DNA of 64,000 nucleotides from Bacteroidota bacterium (GTDB lineage Bacteria; Bacteroidota; Ignavibacteria; Kryptoniales; JAKASW01), in assembly GCA_021811615.1 (NCBI GenBank), contig JAJZNW010000037.1:13623-77622 (forward strand), given 5' to 3'. The translations under genes were made by a program, and so were the position numbers. The notes beneath the pieces were generated by a model. The model worked only from the letters and a program-made list of their open reading frames with translations. It was not told where the DNA came from and ran no database searches. This document shows, one piece after another, positions 1-8,325 of the stretch. The first letter of the stretch is position 1, and each line of letters begins with the position of its first letter.

Positions 1-62
1 CTATAGAGTTAAGGTATTCCATTTCGCCTTTCAATAAGTGTTAACTCAATCAGGTAACAGGT

Positions 63-773
63 TCATTTGCTCAACATGATTCGCTTTGCAATCTCCAATG
101 CAACCGCAAACACGCCCGCCAGAAGCACGACGAAGCTGACTACGAGAATACGTGTTCCGAAGACGACCTTCGCGAGGCGCAGCAAAAGGTAGAAAACGCC
201 GACGAGGAAGACAATGTCGAGGAATGCGAGGAAGTAAAACGAAACAGGATTGATCACCTGCGGAGAGGGGTTATTCGAGAAGAGGTAACTGCCGAATACC
301 GCTACCTGCATCGGTACAAGCAGGACTGCCGCAAGGGCGAGGGGATGCAGAGCATAAATGACACCCGACAAAAAGCCTTTCGAGGAAGCGCCCGACCGCC
401 AGATCCTCAAAGCCACGAAGCTCAAGCCGCCAAAGGCATACACAGCGGGAAGGAAAACAACCAGGCCGAGCAAGGAGCCTGCGATAAGCAGGCGCCCAAA
501 CTGAATCGAGTAGATATCGGCAGCCCTGACCAGGTAGAGCGTCAGGAAGCTCATGCCGATTCCTTCGAGAGCCGCGAGCACGAGGGAATAGTTGCGATGG
601 GACGCGAGAATGATCTTCCTGAGCGTCCGGTCAGGGTCTCGCCAGATATTGAATATAGTGGCGAACAGGTCGAGGGTCTTCACCCTGTCCTGGAGAATAC
701 TCCCGCACGATGAGCACCGGACCGTCAGGTCCAGATTGTCGGTACCGCACACCTGGCATTTAATCGAAGTCAA
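63..773 (-). CDS. Zinc-ribbon / Yip1-like polytopic membrane protein
   Basis: 236-aa ORF. N-terminal double CxxC zinc ribbon (CQVCG...CSSCG) followed by about five hydrophobic helices arranged as in Yip1-domain proteins. Lies 45 nt downstream of the tryptophanase-like gene on the same strand. Confidence 0.6.
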   Translation of the reverse strand: MTSIKCQVCGTDNLDLTVRCSSCGSILQDRVKTLDLFATIFNIWRDPDRTLRKIILASHRNYSLVLAALEGIGMSFLTLYLVRAADIYSIQFGRLLIAGSLLGLVVFLPAVYAFGGLSFVALRIWRSGASSKGFLSGVIYALHPLALAAVLLVPMQVAVFGSYLFSNNPSPQVINPVSFYFLAFLDIVFLVGVFYLLLRLAKVVFGTRILVVSFVVLLAGVFAVALEIAKRIMLSK

Positions 774-818
774 TCGTCCTTCTCCTTATATATTGGTTCC
801 GCGCAGCAGCACTCGGGT

Positions 819-2207
819 TCACCGTCTGCTGCCGATCGGTACGGGTTCAAAATGAGCGGTGAAGTGTCTCAGGTAAGGCGGTTCATAAGTTATCCTGTAT
901 CCCGGGATGGAGTTTCTTTTCCTGAACACCTCGATCACAACTTCGGCAGAATAATCGATGTGGCTCTGGGTATAGACTCTCCTTGGTATCGCCAGCCGCA
1001 CGAGCTCGAGCTTTGCGCCGACGAACCTCCCATCGACCTGTTTGCCGAACATTACGGATCCTATCTCGACACTTCTGATGCCGCCTTCGAGATAGAGTTG
1101 TACAGAGAGCGACTGTCCTGGAAAAAGCTCGGGTGGAACTTCCGGTAAGAAGCGGCCTGCGTCGAGGAAGACGGCATGACCGCCGGTAGGAACCAGCACC
1201 GGGACGCCTGCTTGCTCGAGTTTGTCTCCGAAATATTCCACGGACCTGATCCTGTATTTCAAATAGTCCTCATCGAGGACCTCAGAAAGGCCCTGTGCAA
1301 TCGCATCCAGGTCGCGGCCGGCAAGTCCACCGTACGTCGGGAATCCTTCCGTCATTATCAGGAGGCTTCTCGCTTTTTCCGCTAGGGATGAATCGTTCAG
1401 TGCGAGAAATCCCCCGATATTCACGAGCGCATCCTTCTTTGCGCTCATAGTACAGCCGTCCGCATAGCTGAACATCTCCCGCGCGATGTCACGTATGCTT
1501 CTGTCTTTATACCCAGGTTCCCTGAGCTTGATGAAGAAAGCATTTTCCGCAAATCTGCATGCGTCGATAAACAGCGGGATGCCGTATTTGTCCAGGAGCG
1601 CTTTTGTTTCTCGAATGTTCTTCATGCTGACCGGTTGGCCGCCAACAGAATTATTGGTCACCGTCAGAAAGCAAAGTGGAATATTCCCCCGTCCTGTCTT
1701 CGTAATGAGCGTTTCGAGTTCGCCGAGATCCATGTTGCCTTTGAAGTCCGCCCGTCTTGAAGTCTCAAGGGCGACCGGAACGGGGAGATCGACCGCCTGG
1801 GCTCCGGAGAACTCGACGTTAGCCCTCGTTGTATCGAAGTGTGTATTATTCGGTATGACTCTCCCGGGCCCGCCGACAACGGTGAAAAGGATTTTCTCTG
1901 CAGCTCTGCCCTGGTGAGTTGGAATTACGTGTCTGAATCCTGTAAGATCTTTTATGACTTCCTCGAACCTGAAGAAGCTCCTCGATCCGGCGTAAGATTC
2001 ATCGCCGTCCATGATTGCAGCCCATTGCTTCGAGCTCATCGCGGCCGTCCCGGAATCTGTGAGCAAGTCGATTAGGACGTCATCGGCCCTGAGAAGGAAG
2101 AGGTTGTAGAACGCCTCTCTCAATGCCCGTTCCCTGTACTCGCGGGTCGTGAAGTTGATCGGCTCGACAGATTTGATCTTAAAGGGTTCTATTATCGTAT
2201 TTACCAT
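819..2207 (-). CDS. tnaA: Tryptophanase (beta-eliminating PLP lyase family)
   Basis: 462-aa ORF matching beta-eliminating lyases end to end: EPFKIKSVEP, DLLTDSGT, PTHQGRAAE, PLP-lysine context MSAKKDA, EGFPTYGGLAGRD, TYEPPYLRHFTA. FAENAFFIK / MSAKKD / EGFPTYGG resemble tryptophanase more than tyrosine phenol-lyase (CVENAYFIK / MSGKKD / EGMPSYGG). Its ATG overlaps the stop of the upstream small gene (ATGGTAA, 2201-2207). Confidence 0.8.
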   Translation of the reverse strand: MVNTIIEPFKIKSVEPINFTTREYRERALREAFYNLFLLRADDVLIDLLTDSGTAAMSSKQWAAIMDGDESYAGSRSFFRFEEVIKDLTGFRHVIPTHQGRAAEKILFTVVGGPGRVIPNNTHFDTTRANVEFSGAQAVDLPVPVALETSRRADFKGNMDLGELETLITKTGRGNIPLCFLTVTNNSVGGQPVSMKNIRETKALLDKYGIPLFIDACRFAENAFFIKLREPGYKDRSIRDIAREMFSYADGCTMSAKKDALVNIGGFLALNDSSLAEKARSLLIMTEGFPTYGGLAGRDLDAIAQGLSEVLDEDYLKYRIRSVEYFGDKLEQAGVPVLVPTGGHAVFLDAGRFLPEVPPELFPGQSLSVQLYLEGGIRSVEIGSVMFGKQVDGRFVGAKLELVRLAIPRRVYTQSHIDYSAEVVIEVFRKRNSIPGYRITYEPPYLRHFTAHFEPVPIGSRR

Positions 2208-2578
2208 CTCAGCACATTATATGAACCAATCGAATCCGGATAGACATCGACCGCTACAGTGAAGTTCTCACGGCCGGTTGCCTTCAACTGAAGCAACTCC
2301 CCGCCCGCGGAGACGACTTCGTATTTCGCCACATCGTCCGAATCAGGCTCGCCTATGCACTTGAAAGTGAAGCCCGTGAACGAGCGATCACCGCCAGAAT
2401 AGGCAATCGGCTTTCGGTACCATCCCTGAGCTGTGGCTGCGATGTGATTCATCTCGTTGATTACTTCATTGATCTCGGTCTCCTGCTGTTGCGATTTGAA
2501 ATATAAGACGGCCAGAGAAATCGCAATAGCCACCATGATCGCGACGAGCACTATTAGAAGGACCTGCTGCGTACCCAT
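2201..2578 (-). CDS. Small N-terminally anchored, pilin-like protein (paralogue A of MGTQQ family)
   Basis: 125-aa ORF. ATG at 2578 is preceded by AGGGGG with 5-nt spacing. N-terminus MGTQQVLLIVLVAIMVAIAISLAVLYF is a single hydrophobic helix, followed by a polar helix and the AQGWYRKP motif. Paralogous to 18169-18606. Stop overlaps the tnaA start. Confidence 0.6.
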   Translation of the reverse strand: MGTQQVLLIVLVAIMVAIAISLAVLYFKSQQQETEINEVINEMNHIAATAQGWYRKPIAYSGGDRSFTGFTFKCIGEPDSDDVAKYEVVSAGGELLQLKATGRENFTVAVDVYPDSIGSYNVLRW

Positions 2579-2727
2579 ATCAGCCCCCTGTTAATAATAG
2601 ACACCCGGATTATCTGCGGCTACCGGGAACCGCGCCCTGAAGTTGTTCCCGATAGAACTCTTATCACATTCACGCACGACAACGCATCTATGTTCCGCAG
2701 AAAGAACAATATACATGCTCACCGCTC

Positions 2728-3921
2728 CTATCTTGTTGCGATTTTCACCCTGTCCTCGATGACCTCTCTAAGTTCAGAAATAAGCATGTCGGCATGCTCC
2801 TCCTGAATAATAAGCGGAGGCAAGAGTCGAATGACGTTACCGTTGGTGCAATTTGCGAGGACGCCTCTGGACATGAGATCGGACACGATTTCCGAACACT
2901 CGGTACGGCACTCGACGCCGATCATCAGGCCGAGACCGCGCACTTCGGAAATGAAGTCAGGAAACTCTTTTTGAAGGTCGAGGAGTCTGAGCTTGAGATA
3001 GCCGCCTACTTTGGCGACATGGAGGTCGATTCTCTTTTCGGTCAATTCCCGGAGCGTCGCAAGGCCTGCGGCACAGGCTACAGGATTGCCACCGAACGTT
3101 GTGCCATGCATACCGTAGCCGAGGACATTCTCGACGGTGGCATCCACGAGCACACCGCCCAGTGGAAGTCCTCCGCCCAGCGGCTTCGCCACCGTGACAA
3201 GATCAGGGTGAACGCCATAATGTTCGAAAGAAAAGAGTTTCCCTGTCCGGTAAATCCCCGCCTGGATCTCATCCGCGGCGACAAGAAAGCCATACTTTCG
3301 CTTCAACGCGAAGAGCTCTTCGACGAAATCATCCGAAAGGACATTGACGCCGCCTTCACCCTGCACGAATTCGACGAACACTGCCGCGGTTGCTGCCGTG
3401 ATTTTGGCCTTAAGCTCGGAACGGTCGTTGAACTCCACGTGATCGACATCCGGAAGGAAGGGACCGAATCCGTTCCGGTATTTGGGCCTGTCTGTAAGGG
3501 ACAGGGCTCCCATCGTCCTGCCGTGAAAAGAATTTGAAAGAGCAATGAGGCCGGACTTCTCTTGAGCGCTCCCCCATTTTCTTGAGATCTTTATCGCGGC
3601 CTCGATGGCTTCCGCCCCGGAGTTGGCAAGGAACAATTTCGAGTATCCAGATAAATTGCAGATGGTCTCCGCAAGATCTATTTGCGAGTCGATGTAGAAC
3701 AGGTTTGAGACATGCATGTATCGTTTGACCTGGTCCATGATCGCCGCATTGACGCGGGGATTATTGTACCCCAATGCGTTTACGGCTATTCCTCCGAAGA
3801 AATCCAGGAATTTCCTGCCGTCCTTCGAGTATATGTAAACTCCGTCGGCACTGTCCACTTCGATAGGTAAGCGTTTATATGTATGAAGGATGTATTTACT
3901 TTCTTTTTCTCTCATATCCAT
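2728..3921 (-). CDS. argD: Class-III PLP aminotransferase, acetylornithine aminotransferase-like
   Basis: 397-aa ORF with GGIAVNALGYNNP, LANSGAEAIEAAIK, DEIQAGIYRTGK, TVAKPLGGGLP (PLP-Lys context) and GTTFGGNP. Length and motifs fit ArgD. GabT- or ornithine-type specificity cannot be excluded from sequence alone. Confidence 0.8.
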   Translation of the reverse strand: MDMREKESKYILHTYKRLPIEVDSADGVYIYSKDGRKFLDFFGGIAVNALGYNNPRVNAAIMDQVKRYMHVSNLFYIDSQIDLAETICNLSGYSKLFLANSGAEAIEAAIKISRKWGSAQEKSGLIALSNSFHGRTMGALSLTDRPKYRNGFGPFLPDVDHVEFNDRSELKAKITAATAAVFVEFVQGEGGVNVLSDDFVEELFALKRKYGFLVAADEIQAGIYRTGKLFSFEHYGVHPDLVTVAKPLGGGLPLGGVLVDATVENVLGYGMHGTTFGGNPVACAAGLATLRELTEKRIDLHVAKVGGYLKLRLLDLQKEFPDFISEVRGLGLMIGVECRTECSEIVSDLMSRGVLANCTNGNVIRLLPPLIIQEEHADMLISELREVIEDRVKIATR

Positions 3922-3933
3922 TTTCGTATTCCG

Positions 3934-5742
3934 TCATTTGTACATTGTTTCGATCAAATCTGCATATTTTTCTTCCACAATCTTCCTCTTCACTTTGAGA
4001 GTCGGCGTAAGATCACCGCCCTCGATGCTGAACGGAGTGGGAAGCATTTTGAAACGTCTCACCTGCTCATACTTTGCGAGATCCTTCTGCAGCTCGTTTA
4101 TATCCTTCCTCACCGCCTCGTTGACTTTTTCATTCTCCAACAGGTCCTCCCTGCTCGAGTACTGAATGCGATGCTCGCCGGCGAACGCTTCGAGGTTTTC
4201 AAAATCAGGGACGATAAGGGCAGTGTTGAACCGGCGCTTGTCGCCGATCAGGATTATCTGATCTACAAACTTGCTCTGCTGAAGCAGGTTCTCGATAGGC
4301 TGAGGGGCGATATTCTTGCCTCCTGAATTCACGAAGAGATGCTTCTTACGGTCTGTAATTACTACAAACCCATCGGTATCGAAATGTCCTATGTCACCTG
4401 TGTGCAGCCAGCCATCCTTATCGATGGCCTCCTGGGTGGCAGCTTTGTTCTTGTAATAGCCGTCCATGACGTGCGGCCCTCGGGTTAGGATCTCGCCGTC
4501 CTCGGCAATTTTCACCTGCACATTCCTCAGCGGCTTTCCGACGGTACCAAATTTATAATCATCCACTCTATTTGCAGAAATCACGGGAGATGCTTCTGTC
4601 ATGCCGTACCCTTCGACAATCAGGATGCCGACGGATTCAAAAAATTCTCCGAGCTCGCGCGCCAGGGCCGCCCCACCGCTGACGAAGAACTTGATTCTTC
4701 CTCCGGTCCGCTCCTTCAATTTCGAAAGGACAAGCTGATCGGCCAACGCATACTGCGACTTAAGCAGCGGACCTACATCGCCGCGTTTCCTAGCCGCAAC
4801 GTATTTGCGCCCGACCGAGAGTGCCCAGTAGAAAATTCTTTTCTTTGCCGCAGATCCTGAGTCGACGTTCTTCAGTATCAGCATGTGTATTCGTTCGAAA
4901 AGTCTTGGCACCGTCGTGACGATGGTGGGCCTGACCTCCAGCAGGTTCTGCGCAACGGTCTCGATGCTCTCAGCATACGAAACTGTGGCACCGGTGCACA
5001 GTGCGGTATAGTACCCTGCCATCCTCTCGAAGCTGTGAGAGATCGGAAGGAACGAGAGAAGCGAATCTTCGTCGGTTATCGGGATGTGGTCCAGAGCGCC
5101 CTTGATGTTGGCCACGAAATTGGCGTGCGTCAGTACGACGCCCTTCGGTTCGCCTGTTGTTCCGCTCGTGTAGATGATCGTCGCCAGATCCGACGGCTTG
5201 GCCCTGTTCAGCCATTCGGAAAATTGAGAAGGCTTCTTCTCCCGGGGACTCATACCCGATTCATAAACGGCAGACAACTCCAGAACGAAACCGTCGCTTG
5301 CACCTTCCTTCCGGTTCATGATGATCACGCGGCGCAGCGAAGGGAGGTTATCCTTTGCGCGGAGGACTTTGTTCAGCTGATACGTATTGGAGACAAACAC
5401 TGTAGTCACATCGGCGTGAGCGAGGATGTACTCGACCTGTTTGGATGTGAGTGTGGGAAACAGCGGGACGTCAACGAGGCCGAGAGAGAGGCACGCCAGG
5501 TCGGCGACAGGCCATTCCGGCCTGTTCTCTGAAATAATTGCCACCTTCTCACCCTGCTTGATCCCCATGGAACGAAGCCCGTGGGCCAGAAGCTCGACCT
5601 TCCTGTAAAACTCGTCATAGGTGATGCCGACATACTTTCCTTCAAGCTTATACCTGTAAACATATCTTCCGGTTCCCGCATATTTCCTGCAAAGCCGGTC
5701 GAACATCTGGGTGAGAGTTTCAAATTCTACGGCAGCGCCCAT
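3934..5742 (-). CDS. Long-chain acyl-CoA synthetase (AMP-forming)
   Basis: AMP-binding signatures YTSGTTGEPKGVVLTH, EGYGMTE and TGDIG...DRKK. The longest ORF starts at a TTG (5754), but the ATG at 5742 has GGGAGG 4 nt upstream, so 5742 is used. Confidence 0.85.
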   Translation of the reverse strand: MGAAVEFETLTQMFDRLCRKYAGTGRYVYRYKLEGKYVGITYDEFYRKVELLAHGLRSMGIKQGEKVAIISENRPEWPVADLACLSLGLVDVPLFPTLTSKQVEYILAHADVTTVFVSNTYQLNKVLRAKDNLPSLRRVIIMNRKEGASDGFVLELSAVYESGMSPREKKPSQFSEWLNRAKPSDLATIIYTSGTTGEPKGVVLTHANFVANIKGALDHIPITDEDSLLSFLPISHSFERMAGYYTALCTGATVSYAESIETVAQNLLEVRPTIVTTVPRLFERIHMLILKNVDSGSAAKKRIFYWALSVGRKYVAARKRGDVGPLLKSQYALADQLVLSKLKERTGGRIKFFVSGGAALARELGEFFESVGILIVEGYGMTEASPVISANRVDDYKFGTVGKPLRNVQVKIAEDGEILTRGPHVMDGYYKNKAATQEAIDKDGWLHTGDIGHFDTDGFVVITDRKKHLFVNSGGKNIAPQPIENLLQQSKFVDQIILIGDKRRFNTALIVPDFENLEAFAGEHRIQYSSREDLLENEKVNEAVRKDINELQKDLAKYEQVRRFKMLPTPFSIEGGDLTPTLKVKRKIVEEKYADLIETMYK

Positions 5743-6090
5743 CAAACCTCCCAATAACGTATCGCCGCTCTTCCAAGCAGCTTATCTATGATAGTAAAAT
5801 TAACTCTTGTCATACATTACCGGGACTGTTTGGCGTTACCCGGCAAGCTGAACCGTTTAACGGATTGATTCATCAATGCCACCTGTTCATTGAAAATTAG
5901 CTCACGAAAGGGCCGAATACAAAATTTCCGGATATCACATCCTGACGAAACAGCCCTGGAAAGCCGGGTACAAGGCGTCTCAGGATGAATTCACCGTCAG
6001 CGGATGGCTCTTTCGTGGAATATCAGGAGGACTCCGACGAAACGGTCCGATATTGCGATCCACCGGCGATTACTCCGCGGCGGCCGCTTC

Positions 6091-6318
6091 TCACTTCCTT
6101 GCCTTTCTGCCCAGGTAGGCACTCAGGAGGAAAGCTCCCGAAATTACTATCAAGAGAATTCCCCATACGATGTTTATGTCCATGTGAAAGGATTTGTCAT
6201 AAATATCCTTAGGGCCGAAAATCCCGTAAGCGAGAAGCACTATGCCATAGAAACCGAGCAGGCTCCCGAGCGGTATCTTGAGGTCGAAGAAGTGGCGGCG
6301 TTGTTCTGTATTTTCCAT
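6091..6318 (-). CDS. Small two-helix membrane protein co-transcribed with the symporter
   Basis: 75-aa ORF with two hydrophobic helices and a basic C-terminus. Own RBS GGAGA 7 nt before the ATG. Starts 22 nt after the symporter stop codon. Confidence 0.6.
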   Translation of the reverse strand: MENTEQRRHFFDLKIPLGSLLGFYGIVLLAYGIFGPKDIYDKSFHMDINIVWGILLIVISGAFLLSAYLGRKARK

Positions 6319-6340
6319 TTGATTTTCTCCAGTGCTTTTT

Positions 6341-7966
6341 TTACCAGAAGATAATGTTAAGTACGATCATCACGGCGATAGAAAGGCCGCCCCAGAATGC
6401 CGGCCTCTTAAAGAACCTCTCTTCCGAATGGACCTTGGGTGTGAGCCCATAGACAAGGCCGACCAGTTCTTTTTCGTCCTTCCTGGCCGTGAAGAGAGAG
6501 ATAATGATCGTCATGACGAAATCGACGCACCAGGCCCACCAGGCCTGATAGAAGTTTGCAGCCATTTCACTGGAGTAGTGGAGAACATGAAGCTGGTACA
6601 GAAGATAGTGAGTCGCGGCCGCGAGGATCCCTAGAAGGAGTCCCCAGAAGCCCGCCCACGGCGTGGTCTTCTTCCAGAACATTCCAAGTAGGAAAGTGGC
6701 GAAGAGCGGCGCATTGAAGAACGTGAATATCAGCTGCATGTAGTCCATGAGATTCGGGAACGACCTTACGATGTAAGCCGTTCCGATACTGAACAATACT
6801 CCGAAAACGGTCGCGTACTTCCCCATCTTCAGATAATGTTCGTCGGGCATATTCTTCTTGATATAGCTGCCGTATATGTCGTACGTCCAGACGGTGTTGA
6901 AAGCCGTGACGTTGCCCGCCATCCCGGACATGAAGCTTGCGAGTAGTCCCGTGATGGCCAGGCCGAGAATTCCATTGGGAAGATAATGGGCGAACATGAG
7001 AATCAGTGCCGAGTTGTAATCCGGAGTCGGGCCACCGGGGACAACTTTGAACTGCGGCAGAAGGGCGACGGCGAGCAAACCGGGGATGACTACGATTATC
7101 GGAACGAGCATTTTCGGGAACGAAGCAATCAGAGGAGTCCGGCGTGCGGCTGAAAGGTTCTCGGATGCCATCGCCCGCTGGACTACGAGGAAGTCCGTGG
7201 TCCAATAGCCGAACGACAGGACGAAACCGAGGCCCAGTACCATTCCAAGCCAGTCGACTCCCATCGGGTTTTGGGACGCGGATCCCATTTGTCTCCACGC
7301 ATTGAGGAAGTCAGGAGGGATCTTCGCCACGAGTCCCTGAAAACCGCCGACGGCGTGCAGACCAATATAGACGACCGGGAGGAGTCCGAGCCATATCAGA
7401 AAGAATTGTATGACTTCGTTGTAGATTGAAGATGACAGCCCGCCAAAGAAAACGTAAATCAAGACCACCAGAGCTGAAAGAAGAATGCTGGAAGTGAGCG
7501 ACCACCCGAGCATAAGTTCGAAGAGGAGTGCCATGGCGTACATGCTGATGCCGCTCATCAGGAGAGTCATAATTGCGAATGAAAGCGCGTTGAGGCCGCG
7601 GGTCGCTTCATTGTACCTGTGCTTGAGGTATTCCGGCACGCTCCTGACTCTTGTGCTGTAGTAGAAAGGCATCATGAACAGGCCGAGGAAAATCATGGCG
7701 GGTATCGCTCCGATCCAGTAGAAGTGGACCGTAAGTATTCCGTACTTGGCAGAATTCGCAACCATACCGATAACCTCGAGCGCGCCCAGGTTCGCAGACA
7801 GGAAAGCGAGGCTCGTTATCCAGCTTGGAAGCGAGCGCCCGGAGAGAAAAAAGTCTTCGCTGGTTTTCATGTACTTCTTTAGCGAGTAGCCCACAATTAT
7901 CGTGATGAGGACATATGCGCTCAAGATCATGTAATCAATGAAGTTCAAAGAGATTACCGGTTTCAC
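6341..7966 (-). CDS. Sodium:solute symporter family (SSF) transporter
   Basis: About 13 hydrophobic helices with SSF-like N-terminus (DYMILSAYVLITIIVGY...FFLSGRSLP). The ORF-track start (8077) adds an Arg-rich, non-membrane extension. The GTG at 7966 has GGAGG (7971-7975) 4 nt upstream and is the likely start. Confidence 0.85.
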   Translation of the reverse strand: MKPVISLNFIDYMILSAYVLITIIVGYSLKKYMKTSEDFFLSGRSLPSWITSLAFLSANLGALEVIGMVANSAKYGILTVHFYWIGAIPAMIFLGLFMMPFYYSTRVRSVPEYLKHRYNEATRGLNALSFAIMTLLMSGISMYAMALLFELMLGWSLTSSILLSALVVLIYVFFGGLSSSIYNEVIQFFLIWLGLLPVVYIGLHAVGGFQGLVAKIPPDFLNAWRQMGSASQNPMGVDWLGMVLGLGFVLSFGYWTTDFLVVQRAMASENLSAARRTPLIASFPKMLVPIIVVIPGLLAVALLPQFKVVPGGPTPDYNSALILMFAHYLPNGILGLAITGLLASFMSGMAGNVTAFNTVWTYDIYGSYIKKNMPDEHYLKMGKYATVFGVLFSIGTAYIVRSFPNLMDYMQLIFTFFNAPLFATFLLGMFWKKTTPWAGFWGLLLGILAAATHYLLYQLHVLHYSSEMAANFYQAWWAWCVDFVMTIIISLFTARKDEKELVGLVYGLTPKVHSEERFFKRPAFWGGLSIAVMIVLNIIFW

Positions 7967-8290
7967 GTTACCTCCGTTGAGTTGATAATTGGAAGACTCT
8001 ATTTTGATCCGCCATCGCGGCCCGCTTCGGCGGACAACCCGGGTAAGCCAGAGTTCCCGTCGCTTGCGACAGAACATCTTTCGCAGCCTGACCCGAAGCT
8101 GAGACCGTTTGTTCGGGTGGATTCATGTATCACGACGTTCAGCGAACAACGATGATAGATTACGCATGCAAAGATCTTGTGCCCGTCATTGCAGTGTATC
8201 AGGTGTAAATATAATACGCATGTGAAAAGCTTCAAACCTAATCTGACTGCCTCGATCCTTCGTAAGTCCAGCAAACACAGAGAAGTATCA

Positions 8291-8319
8291 TTGAGTAGGC
8301 CGCGGCTTCGTGCTATATT
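8291..8319 (+). promoter_or_regulatory. Sigma70-like promoter abutting the lptF start codon
   Basis: TTGAGT (8291-8296), 17-nt spacer, TATATT (8314-8319). The GTG start at 8326 lies only 6 nt after the -10 box and there is no Shine-Dalgarno sequence. Confidence 0.3.
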
Positions 8320-8325
8320 GATTCA

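Noticed and set aside
6567-7298. 243-aa minus-strand ORF in a different frame within the symporter gene
   Set aside because: It overlaps the SSF coding frame out of frame. It is Arg/Pro/Ser-rich and not membrane-like; the SSF frame explains the region.
7967-8077. N-terminal 37-codon extension of the symporter ORF (similar extensions at 17363-17419, 20113-20175, 23714-23839, 24800-24889, 46486-46539, 49856-49912, 61689-61757)
   Set aside because: In each case an internal start with a good GGAGG-type RBS, or the canonical family N-terminus or signal peptide, lies downstream. The extension is compositionally non-coding or starts at a TTG.
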